From NCBI RefSeq assembly GCF_009914755.1, contig NC_060939.1: DNA of 64,000 nt; one strand, given 5' to 3'. The position numbers and the translations under genes are program-made. The DNA is from the human T2T-CHM13v2.0 reference genome, Homo sapiens. Numbering within the stretch: the first letter of the stretch is position 1; each line of letters begins with the position of its first letter. The notes beneath the pieces were generated by a model that ran no database searches, was not told the DNA's origin, and worked only from the letters and a program-made list of their open reading frames with translations. Of the stretch, positions 54,445-64,000 are shown piece by piece.

Positions 54445-55600
54445 ACCACCCAACTACATGGACACTGAACAACCTGCTCCTGAATGAGTCTTGGGTAAAT
54501 GATGATATTAAGGCATAAATCAAGAAGTTATTTGAAACTAATAAGAACAAAAACACAATGTACAATCTCTGGGACACAGCTACAGCAGTCTTAAGAGGGT
54601 AATTTATAATACTAAATGCCCATATCAAAAAGCTAGAAAGATCTCAAGTTAACAGCCTGACATCACAACTAAAAGAACTAGAGAACCAAGAGCAAACAAA
54701 TCTCAAAGCTAGCAGAAGACAAGAAATAACCAAGAACAGAGCTGAACTGAAGGTGATAGAGGCACAAAAAAACCCTTGAAAAGTTAATGAATCCAGGAGC
54801 TGGTTTTTTGAAAATTTAGTAAAATAGATTGGCCATAGATCATTAGTTAGAGTAATAAAGAAGAAAAGATAGAAGATTCAAATAAACACGATCAAAAATG
54901 ATAAGGGGGACATCACCACTGACCACACAGAAATACAACCATCAGAGAATACTGTAACTGTAATCTCTACGCACACAAAGTAGAAAATCTGGAAGAAAGG
55001 ATAAATTCCTTGACACACCCTCCCAAAACTGAACCATGAAGAAATTGAATAGACCAATAATAAGTTCTGTTCTGAAATTGAGGCAGTAATAAATAGCCTC
55101 CCAACCATAAAAAGCCCAGGACCAGATGGATTCACAGCTGAATTCTACCAGAGGTACAAAGAAGAGCTGGTACCATTTATGCTGAATCTATTCCAAAAAG
55201 TGAAAAGGAGAAACTCTTCCCTAACTCATCCTGTGGGGCCAGTATCATCCTGATAGCAAAACCTGACGAGATACAACAAAAAGGGAAAACTTCAAGCCAA
55301 TATCCTTGATGAACATCAATGAAAAAATCCTCAACAAAATACTGGCAAGCCAAATCTAGCAGTATATCAAAAAACATCCCTTCATGTTAAAAACTCTCAA
55401 TAAACTAGGTATTAAAGAAACGTACCTCAAAATAATAGGAGCTATATATGACAAACCCACAGATAATATCATACTGAATGGGCAAATGCTGGAAGCATTT
55501 CATTTGAAAATGGACACAAGACAAGGATGCCCTCTCTTACCACTTGTATTCAACATGATATTGGAAGTTCTGGTTAGGGCAATCAGGCAAGAGAAATAAA
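54445..55600 (+). mobile_element. Older L1P ORF2 fragment with internal deletion
   Basis: ORF 55384..55599 [29 protein letters not shown]. Confidence 0.9.
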
Positions 55601-55644
55601 TAGCGATACTCCATCTCAATAAAAACAATTTAAAAAATAAAATG

Positions 55645-55940
55645 TTTTTCTGGAACCATTCTGATTACCAGTATTTGTATTAGTTAATTTTATCCAAATA
55701 GACGGAAGCAATAGAATGGATAAGTATGTATGTAGGTAGGTAAGTAGGTAGGTAGATAGGTAGATGAGAAGGGATTTATTTATGGTATTTTCTCACATAA
55801 GTATAGATCCAGGCTGAGATTTTCCACAAAAGGCTTTCTGGAAGCTGTAGATGCAGGGATGCTGGTAGTGCACCTAAGTGCAAGACCAAAATCCTCAGAA
55901 CCATGGAAGCTTGGTGTAATTGAGTTTAGGCTGAATGCCA
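55645..55940 (-). mobile_element. Third MLT2 LTR fragment with adjacent ERV-L PBS remnant
   Basis: ggaaccattctgattaccagtatt then tgtattag...(TAGG)n... Confidence 0.72.
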
Positions 55941-58900
55941 CTGGGAAGTTTTTTCATTGTATCCCCAATCAATTTCAAATACCTGTATGTTTGCAGTTCG
56001 ATATGTGGTTGTGTCATTTTCTAGCATATTCTATTGTTTTGGGACTACTAGATGCTCCAGGATAATTATGCTTATTTGCCACCTAATTGAACTCTAATCA
56101 ATTTTCATAGCGTTCTAGCTTTTTTAAATTAGAAAATGGAATTAGAAATGAAGATTTAGCCACCAAGTTTATACATTGTGAATCAGAAATCTTTGATTCA
56201 AGACTTTGTACCTGAGAAAGCAAACAAATACATCTGTGCATTCTTGTTTTACTGACACAGAATATATATGTTAACATGGGTCAATATTCATTTACATTAA
56301 ATTCAAGGTGAATCTATTGTTTCCAGCCACACATGATCTGATTCAGTAACACAGGACTCTATCTACCCATTACCCCTTACTTGTATATAGCCTACTGCTC
56401 TAACAGTAAGCTAGATGTTTCTGTTAATGTAATCATACCCTGAAAATACAGGTTGAGTATTACCTGTCCAAACTGTGTGGGACCAGAAGTATTTCAGATT
56501 TTGGAATTTTGGGGTTTTGGAATATTTTCATATACATGATGAGATATTTTATGGATGGTGGTGTGGGGTAACAATGGCCAGTGGTGCAAGGATAAAATAG
56601 TTTACCAAGAGACTAATGGGTAGAGAAAGGCAGATTTATTAGAGAAAGTAGGAAAACACATTGCAAGGATGGCAATGGTCAAGTTAACGTGAGGGAAGCT
56701 AACTGTGAGGAAACAAAGGCTTGCTGAGGATTTTATAGGATGGAACCTGGGCTAATTGATAATGTCAAGGTAGCAGGGCACTTAACCTGCATTCTTCTTT
56801 CAGCTGGCGTCCGCTGGGGTGTTTGATAAATTGAGGCATATGATGGTAAGCAGGAAGTTTGTGAGTTATGTATGTTTTCTGAGTAGGAGGGCCATGTGTC
56901 TTGGGCCATATGTCCTCAGTCATATAGAAAGCAGACCTGTAACTTATCTGCCTTCTCTTGTTTACATTTTCTGGACATGGAGAAAGGCATATTTATAGCT
57001 TATTTGCTTTAACTCTTTTTGTTCCCCTGGTCCTGAAGTGTGGCATGTGGGTGAAGGTCTTATCTTCTAACTGCTTCCTGCTGATTGGAGGTGTAGAGCT
57101 GGCCCCATCTAGGATTGTTAGTAGGTCAGGTGGTTACATGGGCCTAAATCCTTGAATTGGGACTTAAACTGGGCAGAGTTGATGTGGGACAGTAGGGGAA
57201 CAACATTTGCAGCCTAAAATTTTGTCCTGCTGCATCCAAAGGAGATTTATGAATTTCTCTTACTGACTGATATTTTCGCTACAGTAACCTCTTGGTTCAA
57301 AATTGTTGCATTCTAGAAGACACAAAACAAGATATTGCATGAATAATACATGGTGCAAATAAATGAATATGAGCACTGTTATAGGTGACAAAGTGGAGCC
57401 TGATAGAAAAGACTTTTAAATATTAGTGGGATAAGAGAAAATTGAGGAAAAGTTGTAAATGTATTAGTGAGGTTGAGAAGTTGTCTAGTCTTGACCCCGT
57501 TCTTACATATTCCATCCTGGTTGCTGAACTATTTATAGGCATAAAGGAATTACTACAAATTTTGCTGCCATTAACTTCGTTGTTTCCCCACCATAGAGAA
57601 AACCTGCAGAGGTACACGTAGTGAACTCGTCTCCCGTTTTGGTGTGTTTGATGATAGTTGAAGTGTAATTGCAATGGGCTGGTGTTAAAGCCCTTAGGGA
57701 AGAATTAGACCCTCGGACTTGCTGATGTAGAAGATAGCCTACAGGCCTCTACGTATGATGAAGGCAGACAAATTTCTAATAAGAGGTATTTTTATGTAAA
57801 TAGAAAAAAAACAAAGATTAGCATTGGGCACAATTCATGCAGATGTTAGACTTAAAGCAATTTTAGTTATAGAGGAGAAAGGCAGTGGCATTTTTTTTCT
57901 TTCTCTTGCCTGTATTATAGAGTTTCAGTTTGCAGGACCTTAGCAAAGAGCTCTGTTGAGTTTAAGTTAGAAAACTGAAAGGAAAACAAATGGGAAGTAT
58001 TAGATTGGGAACTTGTAGGATTCAGTTAAAACTACGGAAAATAAGAAAAATGTGAAAACATTGGACAAGACTAGAATTTGACAACAGGTATACTACAGCT
58101 TTTCTGAAACATAATTTTTCTCTCCAGTCCCTGTTTTTACTAAAGACAAATTATAGTAGGACAAATCTATTGCCAAAATAAGTTTTTGTCATGTTATACT
58201 TGGTTTGACTGTTTGCATAAAGTCAGCAAGAATAATTATTTTTCATATATAGTCTTTTTAAAAATTGGCTTTGCTGAAACTTTATTCCATAAGGAATCTC
58301 AGATGTTAAAGCCTTGAGCCCAGTCGTGGGTTTGTGCCATTAAATACCTGTATGAGTTGTGTAAATTCCTCTCCTCTTGAGGACCCAAAATAACTTGGGG
58401 TTCCTGGGCCTGTTTGAAAGTGACATTCTTTACTTACTGCAAGCAAGAAACCCTGTACAGGGACTGAAGACAAGGTATGAGGCCAATTTTTCCAGCTTTG
58501 ATTGGCTCTGTAAGTCAGCTTTGCTTCTTTAAAGCAATTTGTTTATATTTGAAAGCATGCCATTCCAGCCAAAGCTTTGGTAAAATAACCAGTGTTTCCA
58601 GTTGTGTCCTGTTATAAAAGAAAACAGATACTTAAAGAACTTATACAAATAACTATACTGCCATAAACTCAGTATACTTACAAATAGTTTTTAAATTCTG
58701 GAGAAATATGCTTCAGATTTTTGGTGATGAGATTGTACTTCATTTAATTGTAAAAGGCTATAAGTAGCTTAAAAAGTTTTTCTGGAGTTTGAAAAATAAA
58801 AAATTAGTAATATCCAAATATCATAAAAAGATGATTTTAGTATTTTGTTAGTTTATGTAATTAACTCCTACTCTGCTCAATATTTGGGAACACATTAGCT

Positions 58901-59995
58901 TTCAATTGGAGTTTTTGGAAGCTATTTATTTTAATATCACAATCTTTTAAGTTATCAGCAACCCACATCCAAGAGCACCTGTTAAGAGTTCTATAACTGA
59001 TTATAGAACGACCTTGACAATAACTAAGTAAAACAATTGTAGATGAAAGAAGTCTTAGAACACCCATGGTTAAGGTCTGGTTATCTCTGTGGCACACAAT
59101 AATTTAACGTAACAATCATAATTATTACTGATAGTGTATACTGAGACATATCACAATTATGGGAATCTTATAAAATTCTGGAACACACATCAATGACAAT
59201 AACACAGTTATATAAGTGTAACTCAAAGTATGCTAAACACCATTTTGTACTTGATAATGTTTCTTATATGAATTTAATACCAAATAAGCCAAATATGGGT
59301 TTTTTGGGACTTTAAAGTATTTAATATCTGCAAAAACTAAATAATCTCCTTCAAATCTTAGCAATTTGTTAAGGAGATCCACAGAATTTTCTTTACAAGA
59401 TTAACCTTTTAGAAACCTATTACAACTTGCTTAAACCTTCTGTTTTATTCCATTACTTTTAGGTTAAGGCAATCCTTAAAACCTTCTCAACTAAACAAAA
59501 TTACATTCCCTTTAAGAAAAATCATATTCTCATACCTTCTTACAAACTTTTGCCAAAAACACATTTTACTTTTCTTAAAACTGCTCTTCTAGTAGTTTAA
59601 GTACATGTTACGCTGTTAACTCTTAGCAACTTTTACTTTTGGTGAGAAATCTAGTAATTCAGCAACTTCAACCATTTATAAGATTGCAAAGCCCATAACT
59701 TTTCTAAGCCTAGCCAGGCGACTTGCCTAACTCCATATATTCCTAGGCCTTACCTAGAATGTAATCGCTGGAAAACAGAAAAGTTAAACAATTATTAAAG
59801 TCATAGAAGCAGTTTATGGTCTTGAAACATTTAGCAAACAGTACTTAGCTTGCCTAATTTAGATTAAATGTCAGAACTTTGAAGACATTTATTTTACCAA
59901 CAATCTTTAAAACTGTCTTTGTTTAAAGATTAGAATCATGTGACCTAAAGCCATTAAAGTTTCCATTTTTTGACAATATGTTTGATTGAAGCCCC

Positions 59996-60297
59996 CTTTT
60001 TTTTTTTTTTTTCTGATATGAAAGTCTAGCTCTGTCGCCCAGGCTGGAGTGCAGTAGTGCAATCTTGGCTCACTGCTAGCTCTGCCTAATGGGTTCTCAC
60101 CATTCTCCTGCCTCAGCCTCCCGAGTAGCTGGGACTACAGGCGCCCACCACCATGCCCAGCTAAGTTTTTCATATTTTTAGTAGAGACGGGATTTCACCA
60201 TGTTAGCCAGGATGGTCTTGATCTCCTGACCTCGTGATCTGCGCCCTTCGGCCTCCCAAAATGCTGGGATTACAGGCGTGAGCCACCGCTCCCGGCC
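59996..60297 (-). mobile_element. AluY-like
   Basis: dimeric Alu with ttagccaggatggtc; TSD tgaagc. Confidence 0.93.
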
Positions 60298-62371
60298 TGA
60301 AGCACTTATTTTTCTTTAATCCAATTAATAAGAGCTCTTTTTTATAAACATCACATATATATCATATAATACACAGAAATGGAGAATTAAGACAGAATTC
60401 CATTGTGTGAGAAATTTTTAGAGGGCAATAAACCCAAACAAAAAAATACATATTCACAGTTTTTAAGACATTGTTTATATTATTTTATCAAGAATTTTTA
60501 AAGCTGGCTTATTTAAGGCTCTTGTGAGCTTGAAAAGTATTTGGACGTGATTTATGTGTACTGATTTATTTATATTGCCAGTTGGGTAGCATGCTAAACA
60601 AAAAAACAAGATAACATGTACATTGCATAAACATATTTAAACATGAATACATACATATATATACAAAGATTGAATAGCTTTTACATTAGAATTTTGGCCA
60701 TGATTCAGTATTACAAATTTACTAACCTATAAAAGATACCTGACTTAAGTTATTTTTCTGATAAAATTGAAACCTGTTTATATGGCTACCTTTGCAATCC
60801 AAGGAGAGCTTTGAACCAAAATTTGGGGTAAAACAATCTTTATGGCAGTTTGTTTTAATAAAAGCTCTTTTATGCTTTAATTTCAAATGAGTTTTTAATG
60901 TTTACATTTTAGATAGACCATAAACAATGAGCTTTATCTCAGCACTAGCAGCTTAGTGAAAGCAGATTTAAAGCAGGCAGAAAAGAAAAGGGGAAGATAG
61001 CTTTATTTAGCAAATTTTACTTTACAGTGCAGGTTAAACACTTGAGCTCTGATTTTTTTTTTTTTTTTTGATAGTGATTTGCCCATTCGTTTAAAATGTG
61101 CACCGAAACAGGCTATAACAAGTAACCAGCTGGAGTTTTAAAGAGAATGACAAAATCAGGGGTTAGATGTTAGAAACTGTTTTTTTCCCTTTTAAGGCTG
61201 GATCTTTGGATTGGACAGAAAAATGAAAAGAAAGGAGTGGAGAAGAAAGGGATACGTTTTACAGGAGAGCTTGTGAGCCTCTTAGCCACTGTAGGGTGTG
61301 GAGCCAGCACCTTTTTTCCTTTTGTTTTTCTCCTTTAGCTCCTCGGACCTAAACCTATAAGGGGATGGGGCTTGTAAAGCAGCCAACATTTGAGCCTCCC
61401 TTTTGTCTCTGCTTTTTTCTTTAACCCTTTTCTCCTCATTTTGCTCTCCATTATAAATTTAGGCTAGGGAGGGCAATTTGAGGGTTTTTCTTATATGAGC
61501 CATGTTGTATTACATAAGAGGGTGTTTCTTTCTGAGGGTTTGGGGGTTGAATTTGTCCCAGTGCTTTAAAATACAGCCTAAGTGAGTTTGCAGGAATGGA
61601 CAGGGTTGGTCTTACGGTTGGACTGGAAAACATGCTGCTCAAGGGCCAGCAGCCCTAAGGAACTCCGGGTACATTAAAGGTGTACCCACCTATTGGAAAA
61701 GACCACTCGGCCCCTCAAGGGCCTTATGCTGGATGGCCAGTCCAGGTACTCTCACTGAGTGATCAGCCTAGGTACGAGGAAAGAAGGTAAAGGAAGATCT
61801 TCATCTGGTTCCAGCCCAGTAGGAAAGCTCATCATTCTTAGGCTGTCTGAGATCATCTGATTTGGCAAGTCCAGAACAGGATGGCTGGCTGACTGTCCAC
61901 AAGAGAATTTGGAATGAGAAAGAGAGTGTATGAGTTACCTGAAACAAGCTTCCACTGTCAGTTGTCTCCCATGTAGGGATGAGGGACTATAACCAGAAAA
62001 GAGAGGAGAGAGCCTTCCCTCATTCTGGGCAGAGCGGCTATCCTTGTTCACTTTTTGGCCTTCAGACAACTCCGGAGAGTGGCCCTGGCCAGTTACCCTC
62101 AATTGTCAAAGAGATACTAGTAAATGGCCACTGAAAGACTGAAAAGAGAAAAGGATTCAGGTCACTCACCCGAACCAGGCAGCAGCAATCAGTTGCTTCC
62201 ACATGGGGACCCTTCAGTCCCACCATTCAGTCCCAGAGTATAGTCGTGGCCAGAAACCTGCAATTGTCTCTGTGCTTAGACACTCTTCAATGAGGGTCCA
62301 AAATAGGGAAAGGGAAAGAGAGAGAAGGGAGGGAGTTCCTTGTGAGGAGAGAGAGTTCCTGTACAATAGAG

Positions 62372-62389
62372 TCCCCTTATGGGCCACTA
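62372..62389 (-). promoter_or_regulatory. Primer-binding site, tRNA-Ile type
   Basis: TAGTGGCCCATAAGGGGA vs TGGTGGCCCGTACGGGGA, 15 of 18, next to the 5' LTR. Confidence 0.75.
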
Positions 62390-62919
62390 AAATGTAGAGG
62401 AACAATGGACAGCAGTGCATGGGGTAAAAGAATTTTTACCAAGACAGCCGTAGCTAGAGATAGGTTAGATTTATTAGAGAAAGTAGGAAAATATGTTGCA
62501 CAAAAGTCAGCGGACAAGTTAGCATGAGGGAAGCTAACTGTGAGGACACAAAGGATTGCTGAGGATTTTATAGAATGGAACTTGGGCTGATTGATAACAC
62601 CAAGTAGCAGGGCACTTAACCTGCATTCTTCTGTCAGGGGTGTTTGATAAATTGAGGCAACTCATAGTAAGCAGGAAGGTTGTGAGTTATATATGTTATC
62701 TGAGCAGGAGGGCCATATGTCTTGGACCATATGTCCTGGGCCATAAAGAAAAGCAGACCTGTAACTTACCTGCTTTCTCTTGTTTAAATTTTCTGGACAT
62801 GCAGAAGGGCCTATTGATAGCCTCTTTGCTTTATCTCTTTTGCTTTCCCCTGGTCCTTCCAGCCTGATTCCCTTTCGCTAATTAGGACCTGACAGATTGG
62901 ATACAAATCTATACATGGA

Positions 62920-62985
62920 TTTATTTATATTTTATTTTATTTTTAAAAAATTCTAAGGCTAGCCAAGTGAAGCAGTGGGAGTGGA
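62920..62985 (-). pseudogene. Y3 RNA 3'-end retrocopy fragment with A-rich tail
   Basis: aaggctagccaagtgaagcagtgggagtgga (62955-62985) is the reverse complement of the hY3 3' end with one mismatch. Confidence 0.85.
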
Positions 62986-63130
62986 ACAGGCATTTATATT
63001 TCAAGTATACTTTACACAGATAGCCTGAAGCTAGTTGTATACAATATTTTAATAACTGTGCATGAAACAAAGCTTGCATACACTGAACCATCAGAAAGCA
63101 GTGTCACTATCTTGGCTTCCCATGAGGTAG

Positions 63131-63446
<316 letters not shown>

Positions 63447-63449
63447 CCA

Positions 63450-64000
63450 GAGAAGTTGTTTTTATCATAGGAGAGGACAGTTCCATGCCTGTTACTGCCC
63501 CTGAAGACCACCTAGTGGAATAAGATGTGGAGGTGGACGATGGTGATACTGATGATTCTGACTCTGTGAAGGCCTAAGAAATTCTGTGTGTTTGCATCTT
63601 AGTTTTAAGCAAAAGTTTAAAAGGAAAAACTTTAAAATTTAAAATGGATAAAAGCTCAAAAATAAGAATATAAAGAGAATATTTTGTACAGATGTGCAAT
63701 GTATAATGCGAATTGTTATTGCAAAACAGCAAAAACTTTAAACATCAAAAAGTTTTTTAAGTTAAAAAGTTAAACTAAGATATGTTTTAATACTTGAATA
63801 TAGGGGAACAATTTTCATAAGTTTATTGTTTAAGTGTACAGCATTTATAAAGTCTACAATAGTGTACAGTAACATCCTGGCTTTCACATCTGCTCACTAC
63901 TCACCCACTGAGTCACCTGGGGTAACTTGCAGTCCTGCAAGCTCCATTCATTATAACTGTCTTAGACAGGCATACCATTTTCTATATTTTATACCATATT
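63450..64000. mobile_element. Tigger3 (Golem/MER7)-type DNA transposon fragment
   Basis: cataggagaggacagttccatg...gcccctgaagacc...agatgtggaggtgga. Confidence 0.82.

Larger units (their letters stand above)
56562..62893 (-). mobile_element. Two-LTR MER4-supergroup ERV1 provirus (LTRs 56562-57033 truncated, 62393-62893), non-coding internal region
   Basis: colinear direct repeats of about 470 bp; internal similar to MER4-int; PBS present. Confidence 0.85.
56448..63130. mobile_element. Tigger4/MER46-type DNA transposon split by a provirus (56448-56560 and 62895-63130)
   Basis: caggttgagtat...gggaccagaagtatttcagattttgg start; continuation atagcctgaag...tgtgcatgaaacaaag. Confidence 0.75.

Noticed and set aside
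62372-62389. tRNA-like sequence
   Set aside because: 18-nt retroviral primer-binding site only, no cloverleaf

Overview
Primate (hominoid-type: AluY and L1PA2-4-like insertions) genomic DNA made almost entirely of transposable-element fossils; no intact protein-coding gene is supported. Family names come from recalled consensus sequences, not a database search, and boundaries were read by hand. (i) 1-14.7 kb: old L1M/MaLR mosaic with an ancient three-copy local duplication carrying aligned candidate splice signals on the + strand. (ii) 15.2-40.4 kb: a two-LTR MLT2/ERV-L provirus on the - strand, expanded to 25 kb by nested insertions (MST provirus > LTR8-type provirus > solo LTR/Alus, plus a deleted env-bearing class I provirus). 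(iii) 42-62.9 kb: two more MER4-supergroup elements on the - strand. Between them (about 46.65-53.6 kb) lies the most unusual feature: a + strand, strongly A-rich, LTR-less, decayed class III (ERV-L/ERV-S-like) gag-pro-pol. It lacks dUTPase, has a long RNase H-integrase linker, and its 3' region lacks recognisable env motifs but holds a decayed signal-peptide/Cys/hydrophobic-tail ORF. All three young L1s are 5'-inverted, and a Y3 RNA retrocopy fragment sits inside a Tigger element near the end.
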